40,000 bases of DNA from an uncultured Acidobacteriota bacterium (GTDB lineage Bacteria > Acidobacteriota > Terriglobia > Terriglobales > Acidobacteriaceae), in NCBI GenBank assembly GCA_963808725.1, contig CAWEGO010000002.1:1481511-1521510 (forward strand). The letters run 5' to 3'. The notes beneath the pieces are model-generated. The model ran no database searches. It was not told where the DNA came from and saw only the letters and a program-made list of their open reading frames with translations. Numbering within the stretch: the stretch's first letter is position 1; each line of letters starts with the position of its first letter. This document shows, one piece after another, positions 18,220-27,717 of this stretch. The translations under genes and the position numbers were made by a program.

Positions 18220-18336
18220 AGGTCCGAGTATGGTACATCCCCGAGCGGCTTCTGGAGCAGATAATTACCGCAACCGCGGCTCGGACCTTTCCCAGCCCGG
18301 CCAAGCCATCACGGTGGGGCCGGAGGGCAGCGCAGG

Positions 18337-19065
18337 CTAGGGCTGAACGGAGGTGATGATCTGGAACGCGAGTTCGCCGGTGCTCTCCACCGTTCTGCCC
18401 CAGACGGTGACGCGGCGCGGCTTGCCGTCGCGATGCATCATCTGCATTTCCAACCCATTGAAGTCTTTTCCACTCCGCACGTGTTCCAGCAACTGGCGGT
18501 AGTCTTCAATGCGGTGTAGCACGGCGGGCCGCAGGCTCTTCCCGATAGTGCTTCGCAGATCCAGCCCTAGTTGCTCCACAAAGACTTTGTTCACGCGCCG
18601 GATCTCGCCGTCCCGGCCCAGGCAAGCCAAGCCGAACGGAAGGTTGTCGATCATGGTCCGCCATTGCTGGTTGATCATGGAGAGGCGATCTTCTTTTTCC
18701 AGGAATCGCCGGCCCACCTGGACGCGGGCAAGAATCTCGTCACTGCTGACCGGCTTGGCGACGTAATCATCTACGCCCGCCTCAAAAGCCGTCAGCATGC
18801 TGGCCTTGCCGTGCTGCGTGCTGAGCAGAACGACATAGGTGTAATCGCGCGCGTGGGCGCGGCGAATCTTTTGACAAATCGACAGCCCGTCGATTTCCGG
18901 CAAAGCCCAACTGAGGATGACCAAGCGCGGCGGATCGCTCCCCTTCAAGCGCTCCAACGCTTCCTCTCCCTTGCTCGCAGAGAGGAGTTCCGCGCGGGTT
19001 TGCGCCAAAGCGTCCAGGACGGCGTAGCGGCAATTGACGTCTTCGTCCGCAACTAGGATTTTCAC
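18337..19065 (-). CDS. receiver-PAS protein with Ser in place of the phospho-acceptor Asp
   Basis: Receiver fold: KILVADED, VVLLST and YVAKP are conserved. However, LVILSWALPEIDG aligns to CheY FVISDWNMPNMDG with Ser at the D57 position. The C-terminal ~110 aa is PAS-like (LPFGLACLGRDGEIRRVNKVF...). Confidence 0.85.
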   Translation of the reverse strand: MKILVADEDVNCRYAVLDALAQTRAELLSASKGEEALERLKGSDPPRLVILSWALPEIDGLSICQKIRRAHARDYTYVVLLSTQHGKASMLTAFEAGVDDYVAKPVSSDEILARVQVGRRFLEKEDRLSMINQQWRTMIDNLPFGLACLGRDGEIRRVNKVFVEQLGLDLRSTIGKSLRPAVLHRIEDYRQLLEHVRSGKDFNGLEMQMMHRDGKPRRVTVWGRTVESTGELAFQIITSVQP

Positions 19066-19214
19066 GCTCTCCTCAAAAGCGGCGAGGTTCGCCTCCGAGT
19101 TGCCGACGGCCCCTCTCCTCTATCCTTATCGGCCAGTGGTGGCGGTAAGAATAGTTCCCCGGAGAAACGCCGCACCCGCGATGATACTGCCGTCCGCGTA
19201 GCCGCCACACCATA

Positions 19215-19427
19215 ATGTCCACCATGGGATGGCGCCTGACCCTGATCCTGATGGACTTACTCAACCCGAGCGGCTGTCCCCACGAGTTTGGATGGCCTCG
19301 CAAACGCCCCGGTGGAGAGCACTATCAGGTATGCCGACTGTGCGGGGCTGAATATACCTACGATTGGCGCGCGATGCGCCGCTGCCGGCGGACACGGGCC
19401 ATCTCGCAATCGGTACCAGTTTCTTGA
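19215..19427 (+). CDS. small zinc-ribbon-like protein
   Basis: 70 aa. The pattern C-P-H-x4-W-P...Y-x-V-C-x2-C-G-x-E-Y-x-Y-D-W-x2-M is one I recall as a small conserved family; this was not searched. Confidence 0.55.
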   Translation: MSTMGWRLTLILMDLLNPSGCPHEFGWPRKRPGGEHYQVCRLCGAEYTYDWRAMRRCRRTRAISQSVPVS

Positions 19428-19502
19428 AGCTGATCGCTGCTCTGGCGAAACCGCAACCGCCGCCATGTGGGGCCGGTACGTAAGAATTCAAAAGGAGGCT
19501 TC

Positions 19503-21929
19503 ATGATGTCCAAGGCCGCGCAGTTGCTCGGGTTGATGGTGTTGTGGTGCGGAGCCGGGTTGCTGGGGAGTAGCAGCGCGCAAGCGCAAACCAGTCCGGC
19601 TATGGCTCCAAGGGAGGCCACTGCGGCGGTCATCTCCGTTCCGCGGCTGGTGAAGTTCAGTGGCACCGTCCAGGACAGCGCCGGCAATCCGCGCAGCGGC
19701 ATCACCGGCATCACCTTCGCCTTGTACAAAGACCAGTCCGGCGGCGCGGCACTGTGGCTGGAGACGCAGAATGTCACCCTCGACGCGCAGGGCCGCTACA
19801 CGGTACTGCTGGGCGCCAACAGCACCGAAGGCATGGCGCCGGAGCTGTTCAGTTCCAACGAGGCGCAATGGCTTGGGGTGCAACCCGAGGGCCAGGCGGA
19901 GCAGCGGGTGTTGCTGGCGAGTGTGCCCTATGCCCTGAAAGCGGCCGACGCCGAGACTCTGGGCGGCATGCCGGCTTCATCGTTTGTGCTGGCGGCGCCC
20001 CTAGCCGCAGGCGCTACCACCAGCACGGGGCAGACGGGCACGACCCCGACCGCTGCTGGCACATTGGCGCCTTCGCCGGCTATCAGCGGTAGTGGCACTC
20101 CGAACACGCTCGCCGAGTTCGACAGCTCAATGACGAACCTCGTCAGCTCTTCGATCTCGGACACCGGCAAGGCGGTCAGCACCACCGAACCCGTGGGCAT
20201 CGGCACTGCCAGCCCGGGAGCCTTGCTCGACGTGGAGTTCACCACTGCTGCGCCCACCAACGCCCTGCTCTCCAACATCAACTACAACAACAGCACGGCC
20301 GTCACCAACGCCGTGGTTTCAGCCTTTGACATGAACTTCATGGACAACAGTACGGCCGCGAACCTGTCGGAGCAGACGGCGCGCATCGCCTATATCCGTG
20401 AAGCGGGGGCGACGGGAGGGGTGACGGCGTTTGATACGGCGCTGACCACGACCGAGGTGGTGAATGCCAACGCTCCCTTTCCGGTGCGATCGATCAACAT
20501 TGAAGGTCCCAATATGAATACGGGGACCACGCTGTCCAACTTCACCGGTCTCTACATCGGCTCTCCCAGCGGGGCAGGCACGGTGACCAGCAAGTTTGCG
20601 TTAGTCACCGAACCGAACGCCGGCAATGTGGGCATCGGGACCACAGCCCCAACGCAGGCACTGGAATTGGTGGGTAATCTTAAGCTGAGCGCCGCCAACG
20701 GCGCGATCATCTTCCCAGACAGCAGTACGCAATCAAGCGCAGCGACGGGAACCATCACCGGGGTGACGGCGGGATCGGGCCTGAGCGGGGGCGGGACATC
20801 GGGCAACGTGACTCTGAGCCTGCCGACCAGCTGCTTGACGGGACAGATCATGAAGTGGAACGGCTCCGCGTGGACCTGCAGCGCCGATCTGACGACCTCG
20901 GGCACCTTCAATGGACAGCCCACCAACTTCAGCGGTGACACCACCAATCAGATCGTTTATGCCAACCAGACGAGCGCCGGTATCACCAATCCCAGCTCTA
21001 CCAATCTGCCGCCGGCGGCGATCTTTGGCGACGCCACCAACGCCACTGGCCTTACCGTGGGCGTGGTGGGCAGGTCGCAGAGTGCGCCGGGAGCTGGAAT
21101 GATCGGTATCGCAACCGGAGTTGGTAGTTCGAACGACCGCTCCGAAGGAGTGCTTGCGGCGGCGACGGCGACGACCGGCAGGCAGATTGGCATTGATGCG
21201 CAGGTGTATAGCACCCAGGACCAGAACACTTCGAACGATAACGTGATCGCAGGCCGCTTTATAAACTACGGCGGCGGTCTGGTCATCGAAGGGGATGGCC
21301 CTTTCACCGGCACGACCTGCACTCCTCCGCCATGCTCGACGCAGGTCTTCACTGTGGATACCCAGGGCAACACGCGAATCAATGGGAGCCTGACTGCGGG
21401 CAACACGCAAATCAATGGGAGCCTAAACGTGAACGGCACGCTGAGCAAGGCGGGCGGCTCCTTCAAGATCGACCACCCCCTGGATCCGGCGAACAAGTAC
21501 CTTTATCACTCCTTCGTGGAATCGCCGGACATGAAGAACATCTACGACGGGGTAGTGAGGCTGGACGCCCACGGCCAGGCCTGGGTCGATCTGCCGGATT
21601 GGTTTGAGGCTTTGAACCGGGACTTCCGTTACCAGTTGACTGCCATAGGCGGTCCGGGGCCCGGGCTGTACGTTGCCCGGGAGGTAAAGAACAGTCGCTT
21701 CAAGATCGCCGGCGGCCGGGCGAATGGCAAAGTGTCCTGGCAGGTGACGGGCATCCGGCACGATGCCTATGCCGACGCGCATCGCATCCAGGTGGAAGAG
21801 GAAAAGCGCGGCGAAGAGCGCGGCCGATATATGCATCCCGAGTTGTTCGGCCATCCGGAGGGTGACGCCATCGGAACGGCTGCGAACGGCACGGCCGGTA
21901 TCGAGTCCGCAGCGGCAGGACAGCACTAG
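19503..21929 (+). CDS. secreted fibre-like protein, paralogue 1 (808 aa)
   Basis: AAAAGGAGG RBS. Sec signal MMSKAAQLLGLMVLWCGAGLLGSSSAQAQ. Tail-fibre-like repeats NVGIGTTAPTQALELVGNLKL, GTITGVTAGSGLSGGGTSGNVTLS and C..GQIMKWNGSAWTC. Conserved C-terminal module FKIDHPLDPANKYLYHSFVESPDM...ALNRDFRYQLTA...SWQVTGIRHDAYA. Confidence 0.85.
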   Translation: MMSKAAQLLGLMVLWCGAGLLGSSSAQAQTSPAMAPREATAAVISVPRLVKFSGTVQDSAGNPRSGITGITFALYKDQSGGAALWLETQNVTLDAQGRYTVLLGANSTEGMAPELFSSNEAQWLGVQPEGQAEQRVLLASVPYALKAADAETLGGMPASSFVLAAPLAAGATTSTGQTGTTPTAAGTLAPSPAISGSGTPNTLAEFDSSMTNLVSSSISDTGKAVSTTEPVGIGTASPGALLDVEFTTAAPTNALLSNINYNNSTAVTNAVVSAFDMNFMDNSTAANLSEQTARIAYIREAGATGGVTAFDTALTTTEVVNANAPFPVRSINIEGPNMNTGTTLSNFTGLYIGSPSGAGTVTSKFALVTEPNAGNVGIGTTAPTQALELVGNLKLSAANGAIIFPDSSTQSSAATGTITGVTAGSGLSGGGTSGNVTLSLPTSCLTGQIMKWNGSAWTCSADLTTSGTFNGQPTNFSGDTTNQIVYANQTSAGITNPSSTNLPPAAIFGDATNATGLTVGVVGRSQSAPGAGMIGIATGVGSSNDRSEGVLAAATATTGRQIGIDAQVYSTQDQNTSNDNVIAGRFINYGGGLVIEGDGPFTGTTCTPPPCSTQVFTVDTQGNTRINGSLTAGNTQINGSLNVNGTLSKAGGSFKIDHPLDPANKYLYHSFVESPDMKNIYDGVVRLDAHGQAWVDLPDWFEALNRDFRYQLTAIGGPGPGLYVAREVKNSRFKIAGGRANGKVSWQVTGIRHDAYADAHRIQVEEEKRGEERGRYMHPELFGHPEGDAIGTAANGTAGIESAAAGQH

Positions 21930-21978
21930 CTATCAGGTATGCCGATTGTGCAACCGCAAGAATTCAAAAGGAGGCTTC

Positions 21979-24396
21979 ATGATGTCCAAGGCCACGCAGT
22001 TGCTCGGGTTGATGGTGTTGTGGTTCGGAGCCGGGTTACTGGGGAGCAGCAGCGCGACAGCGCAAACCAGTCCCGCGACGGCTCCGAGTGAGGGCACAGC
22101 GACGGTCACATCGGTTCCCAGGCTGGTGAAGTTCAGCGGCACCGTCCAGGACGCCGCCGGCAATCCACGCAGCGGCATCACCGGCATCACCTTCGCCTTG
22201 TACAAAGACCAGTCCGGCGGCGCGGCACTGTGGCTGGAGACGCAGAATGTCACCCTCGACGCGCAGGGCCGCTACACGGTACTGCTGGGCGCCAACAGCA
22301 CCGAAGGCATGGCGCCGGAGCTGTTCAGCTCCAACGAGGCGCAATGGCTTGGGGTGCAACCTGAGGGCCAGGCCGAGCAGCGAATTTTATTGGTGAGCGT
22401 TCCCTATGCGCTGAAAGCGGCCGACGCCGAGACTCTGGGCGGCATGCCGGCTTCATCGTTTGTGCTGGCGGCGCCCCTAGCCGCAGGCGCTACCACCAGC
22501 ACGGGGCAGACGGGCACGACCCCGACCGCTGCTGGCACATTGGCGCCTTCGCCGGCTATCAGCGGTAGTGGCACTCCGAACACGCTCGCCGAGTTCGACA
22601 GCTCAATGACGAACCTCGTCAGCTCTTCGATCTCGGACACCGGCAAGGCGGTCAGCACCCTGGAACCGGTGGGCATCGGCACTGCCAGCCCGGGAGCCTT
22701 GCTCGACGTGGAGTTCACCACTGCTGCGCCCACCAACGCCCTGCTCTCCAACATCAACTACAACAACAGCACGGCCGTCACTAACGCCGTGGTTTCAGCC
22801 TTTGACATGAACTTTATGGACAACAGCACGGCCGCGAACCTGTCGAAGCAGACGGCGCGCATCGCCTATATCCGTGAAGCGGGGGCGACGGGAGGGGTGA
22901 CGGCGTTTGACACGGCGCTGACCACGACCGAGGTGGTGAATGCCAACGCTCCCTTTCCGGTGCGGTCGATCAACATTGAAGGTCCCAATATGAACACGGG
23001 GACCACGCTGTCCAACTTCACCGGTCTCTACATCGGCTCTCCCAGCGGGGCAGGCACGGTGACCAGCAAGTTTGCGTTAGTCACCGAACCGAACGCCGGC
23101 AATGTGGGCATCGGGACCACAGCCCCAACGCAGGCACTGGAATTGGTGGGTAATCTTAAGCTGAGCGCCGCCACCGGCGCGATCATCTTTCCAGACAACA
23201 GTACACAATCAGTCGCAGCGACAGGAACCATCACCGGGGTCACGGCGGGATCGGGCCTGAGCGGAGGCGGCACGAGTGGCAACGTCACTCTTAGCGCCAA
23301 CCTCAGCTCGGTTCAGGCGCGTGTAACCGGAACTTGCTCTTCAGGAACGGCCATGGGTTCCATAGGCGCAACCGGTTTGGTAAGCTGCAACACTGTCAGC
23401 GGCGGGGGAGGATCACTGACCCTCCCATTTTCCGGAACCGGCGCCGACAGCCCGCCGGGCGTGCAGGGAGTGTTTAAGGTTACGGACACCACCAACGGTC
23501 CGGCAAATACCAGCAGTGGTCCGCCGAATCCCACCGCCATACCCTCAGCCGTCGTCGGTTTGACGACAGGAACTGGCATCACCGCTGGTGTGGTCGGCGA
23601 GGCGACTAATATGGACGGCGTGGGGGTAGTAGCCATTAGCACCGCGGCCGTGGGAGATGAGGTGCCGGTGCTCGTGGCCTGGAGTCAGGCTACCTCGGGA
23701 AACGTTTCGTTGATCGATGCCATGGCTTCCGCCCCGAACACCAGGGGCATCGACATGCAATTTGCGGTCACACCCACGCGGGGTATTATCCAGGCCGAAG
23801 TTGGGCCAAACAACAGTTCAACCACCGTATTCGCCGTGGACGGCAGCGGCGATATCACCACCACCGGCACAATCAATGCCAATGGCAACATCAACTCCAA
23901 CACAAGTATCACGGCACCGAGTAAGACCTTCAAGATTGATGACCCGCTTGCTCCGGCCGACAAGTGGTTGTACCACACTTCGATAGAAAGCCCGGACATG
24001 CTGAACTTCTACAACGGCGTGGTGGTGCTCGACGCCCGCGGACAAGCCTGGGTCCATATGCCCGACTGGTTCCAAGCCTTGAACAGGGACTTTCGCTACC
24101 AGCTGACGGCCGTTGGAAAACCGGCGCCCAATCTGTATGTCGCTCGGGAAATCAAAGACAACCGGTTCAAGATCTCGGGCGGCCGTCCCCACGGTAAGAT
24201 TTCGTGGCAGGTTACCGGGATTCGGCACGACGCTTACGCCAACGCGCATCGCAATCCGGTCGAACAAGAAAAGTCGCCGGCGGAGCGCGGCAAATACATG
24301 TTTCCGGAGGGGTTCGGCCATCCGGAGAGTGACGCCATCGGAGCGACTTCCCATGACACGGCCGGTATCATCTCCGCCGCGGCACAACAGCACTAG
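21979..24396 (+). CDS. secreted fibre-like protein, paralogue 2 (805 aa)
   Basis: Same RBS context and signal peptide as paralogue 1, at a constant 2476-bp offset. The proteins are collinear to ...GNVTLS, then a different middle region follows, then the same C-terminal module (FKIDDPLAPADKWLYHTSIESPDM...). The ORF track start at 21763 overlaps paralogue 1 and is not credible. Confidence 0.85.
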   Translation: MMSKATQLLGLMVLWFGAGLLGSSSATAQTSPATAPSEGTATVTSVPRLVKFSGTVQDAAGNPRSGITGITFALYKDQSGGAALWLETQNVTLDAQGRYTVLLGANSTEGMAPELFSSNEAQWLGVQPEGQAEQRILLVSVPYALKAADAETLGGMPASSFVLAAPLAAGATTSTGQTGTTPTAAGTLAPSPAISGSGTPNTLAEFDSSMTNLVSSSISDTGKAVSTLEPVGIGTASPGALLDVEFTTAAPTNALLSNINYNNSTAVTNAVVSAFDMNFMDNSTAANLSKQTARIAYIREAGATGGVTAFDTALTTTEVVNANAPFPVRSINIEGPNMNTGTTLSNFTGLYIGSPSGAGTVTSKFALVTEPNAGNVGIGTTAPTQALELVGNLKLSAATGAIIFPDNSTQSVAATGTITGVTAGSGLSGGGTSGNVTLSANLSSVQARVTGTCSSGTAMGSIGATGLVSCNTVSGGGGSLTLPFSGTGADSPPGVQGVFKVTDTTNGPANTSSGPPNPTAIPSAVVGLTTGTGITAGVVGEATNMDGVGVVAISTAAVGDEVPVLVAWSQATSGNVSLIDAMASAPNTRGIDMQFAVTPTRGIIQAEVGPNNSSTTVFAVDGSGDITTTGTINANGNINSNTSITAPSKTFKIDDPLAPADKWLYHTSIESPDMLNFYNGVVVLDARGQAWVHMPDWFQALNRDFRYQLTAVGKPAPNLYVAREIKDNRFKISGGRPHGKISWQVTGIRHDAYANAHRNPVEQEKSPAERGKYMFPEGFGHPESDAIGATSHDTAGIISAAAQQH

Positions 24397-25029
24397 ACGG
24401 GCTTCACTGCAGGAAACTCGAATGGCGGAGGGTTACCGTCCCCTCCGCCACTTTTTTCGCTGCGTGCAACCCGTGATGGCATTAGCAGGCTCCTCGCCGC
24501 TGGGGTAGCTGTTCGCGCGGGGATCATCGAAACGCCTGCAAGCATCGGGCACTCGCCTCGAGCAAGACACCTCCTGGAACGACTCGGAGTTGCCGAGATC
24601 AAGGCCGATTTTCAGAGGGGCGTGGGTCGTGGGGCCAAGGACGGCCAGGCAACGGAACCGATGGCGGAACTCTGCGGACAGTGCTGGAAGGGTACGCTCT
24701 GCGTCACTCCTTTTGGCAGGGTTTACCCCTGTGTCTTTTCTCGGTTTGCGGATCTGGGATCTGTTCAAGGCGGTGTGCAGCAGATCAGCGAGGGAGAAGC
24801 CTTGCGTGACTTCAGGTTTCGCCTGCGGGAATATTGTCGGGAGCGGGAGGCAGCTGCTCGTCGTGCGCAGCCCTGTAATCCGGATCAATGCAGGCCCACC
24901 TGTGCTCCTGCTGATTGGCGCAGTGAGCAGCCATGCCACCCAGAGTGCGTTCCTTCCACGCAGTGCGTTCCGCAATGCGTTCCTTCCACGCGGCACACTT
25001 TGTCTATCGGCTCCGTGCGAGCGATGTGA
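24397..25029 (+). pseudogene. 5'-truncated radical SAM / SPASM-domain gene remnant
   Basis: The frame is open from the codon right after the fibre-2 stop. It translates to ...VAVRAGIIETPA..HLLERLGVAEIKADFQRGVGRG...LCGQCWKGTLCVTPFGRVYPCVF (a C-x10-G-x4-C SPASM-type motif) and a Cys-rich tail CNPDQCRPTCAP...CHPECVPSTQCVPQCVPS. There is no CxxxCxxC core and no start codon before GTG 24622. Confidence 0.55.
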
Positions 25030-25089
25030 CCGGCTTCGCGGAAGACGGCGATGGTCGCAAGTTTGGAATCATCTCCGAAAGGGACCACC

Positions 25090-25833
25090 ATGTGCAAAGG
25101 GGCGCTGTCGCTGTTGATCTTGATTGCCGTGCTGATGACGCGGCCGCCGCAAACCGGTGCCCAAACGAGTCCCTCTGCCTCCCCAGCGGCGGCACGGAAA
25201 CCCATCTCTCATGCCGTAAAACCGCCAAGTTTTGATTTACGACTTAAGGCGCGGCGGCTCGATCTTGATACAACACGATTTGAGCTGGACAAGCAGATGG
25301 AAGCTCAGAAATTTGAGTTTAACAAGTCGCTTGAGATGCAAAAGCTTCAGTTAGAGCGCGACAAGGGGTGGTGGTCCGCGCTGGGAACCGGTGTTCCTCT
25401 GCTCGCGGCGATTCTGACGGTTCTTGCTGGCATAGCAAGCCAGTATAGGCAGTCCAGGACCCAATTCGAGGTGAAAGCCGCGTCGATTGCGTTTAGCGGC
25501 AAAACACCGGAAGCGATGTTACATCGTGGACAAGCCCTGAAGCGGATGTTCCCCAATCGTCTCCCCGACAGCTTTCTGGATGGTTTTGACCCGCAGAAAT
25601 TTGGAGGCGGTAAAGAACCCGCTGACCTAAAAAGATTCATCCTCCAACTGATCGCGCAAAATCTGGATCGGCGCGCGGAAATCGTGGAACTCGTGGACCA
25701 TCTTTTCCCCGGGGATTCTAAATGGATCGAAAGGCTGAAGGCCATACCGCCGGCGGCGACTAGCAAAACCCCCGCTGCCGCCGCTTCATCCACTTCAGGA
25801 GCACAGCAAGCTGCGCCTCCAACTATACCCTGA
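25090..25833 (+). CDS. hypothetical secreted/membrane protein with coiled-coil segment
   Basis: Start ATG 25090 (MCKGALSLLILIAVLM...). Coiled-coil-like LDKQMEAQKFEFNKSLEMQKLQLERDK, one TM helix (GVPLLAAILTVLAGIA) and a Pro/Ala-rich tail. GC is lower than the window average. Confidence 0.55.
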   Translation: MCKGALSLLILIAVLMTRPPQTGAQTSPSASPAAARKPISHAVKPPSFDLRLKARRLDLDTTRFELDKQMEAQKFEFNKSLEMQKLQLERDKGWWSALGTGVPLLAAILTVLAGIASQYRQSRTQFEVKAASIAFSGKTPEAMLHRGQALKRMFPNRLPDSFLDGFDPQKFGGGKEPADLKRFILQLIAQNLDRRAEIVELVDHLFPGDSKWIERLKAIPPAATSKTPAAAASSTSGAQQAAPPTIP

Positions 25834-25899
25834 ACCAGAAGGACTGGACCGGTTTGCTGTCGCCTGCGTCACTCTTCCGCCTGCCGCGATTTACTGCAA

Positions 25900-26958
<1,059 letters not shown>

Positions 26959-26961
26959 CTA

Positions 26962-27127
26962 TTTTTCGCCGCGGATCAACGCGGACGAACGCGGATTAAA
27001 ACCCAATGAAAACCACAGAGGACGCGGAGGAAGCAGAGTTTTTATCGTTTTTATCCCTCAGCGTCCTCGGCGTCCTCTGCGGTTTTGATTTCCATCCGCG
27101 TTAATCCGCGCAAATCCGCGGCGGAGA
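26962..27127. repeat. nested array hairpin: outer GCGGATNNNN decamer arms, inner GAGGACGC-type arms
   Basis: Outer arms: GCGGATCAAC GCGGACGAAC GCGGATTAAA (26971-27000) face ATCCGCG at 27094-27100, 27104-27110 and 27114-27120. Inner arms: CCACAGAGGACGCGGAGGA (27012-27030) faces TCCTCGGCGTCCTCTGCGG (27064-27082), matching 17 of 19 after reverse complement. The loop has GTTTTTATC x2. Confidence 0.9.
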
Positions 27128-27132
27128 ATTTC

Positions 27133-27696
27133 CTAAACCGAATATGACACGTCTTCGTCGTCCTGGATCTCCAGCGGAATGCCGTTCTCGACGGTTACGC
27201 CGGCCACCGCCGCTGCGTTTTTGGCGCCGCGCGACATGGCCACCCGCCCGGTGCGCACCATCTCCACGATGCCGAAGGGGCGCAGCACTTCCAGCAGTCC
27301 GTCGATCTTCTCCTCAGTCCCGGTGATCTCGACGATCACCGACTCCGGGGCCACGTCCACCACGCGCGCGCGAAAGACGTGCACGAGCTGAAGCAGGTGC
27401 GAGCGCGTCTCCGGATTGGCCGCCACCTTGACCATGGCCAGATCGCGCATGACCGTCGGGCCGCCGGTGACGTTGTTCACCAACAGCACATTCACCAGCT
27501 TGTACAGGTTAGCTTCAACCCGCTTCGCGCCCTGCTCGTCGGTATCGACGACGATGGTCATGCGCGAGACGCCGGGCTTGTCGGTGTGGCCCACCGTCAG
27601 CGATTCGATGTTGAAGGCGCGGCGGCGGAACAGCGAGGCCACACGGTTCAGCACGCCCGGTTTGTTTTCCACGTATACGACAAAAGTATTCAGCAT
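27133..27696 (-). CDS. ilvN: acetolactate synthase small (regulatory) subunit
   Basis: 187 aa. ACT domain VENKPGVLNRV..LF.RR.FNIESL.VG and a conserved C-terminal domain. Confidence 0.95.
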   Translation of the reverse strand: MLNTFVVYVENKPGVLNRVASLFRRRAFNIESLTVGHTDKPGVSRMTIVVDTDEQGAKRVEANLYKLVNVLLVNNVTGGPTVMRDLAMVKVAANPETRSHLLQLVHVFRARVVDVAPESVIVEITGTEEKIDGLLEVLRPFGIVEMVRTGRVAMSRGAKNAAAVAGVTVENGIPLEIQDDEDVSYSV

Positions 27697-27717
27697 AAGG
27701 TTTTCACACGTCTTTTC

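Noticed and set aside
18220-18288. A 9-bp inverted repeat AGGTCCGAG...CTCGGACCT between the receiver-PAS gene and the DUF360 gene.
   Set aside because: The loop is 51 nt, alternative pairings exist, and no U-tract follows. This is not convincing as a terminator or operator.
19503-24396. A diversity-generating retroelement (template/variable repeat) as the explanation for the two fibre genes.
   Set aside because: No reverse transcriptase is in the window. The differences in the shared region are not adenine-specific, and the divergent parts are unrelated rather than point-mutated.
27006-27104. Mini-ORF MKTTEDAEEAEFLSFLSLSVLGVLCGFDFHPR inside the ilvN-ilvC hairpin. Also ORF 17061-17258 (..PRINADLTHA..) and the N-terminal extension of the ilvB ORF (..[11 protein letters not shown]..).
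   Set aside because: These are translations of the array repeats themselves. Their composition simply mirrors the repeat units, and there is no RBS. They are best treated as spurious.
26962-27127. A CRISPR array or minisatellite as the interpretation of the short tandem units.
   Set aside because: The units are only 7-10 nt with no unique spacers. Arrays have 3-4 units and always face an inverted copy. No cas genes are present.
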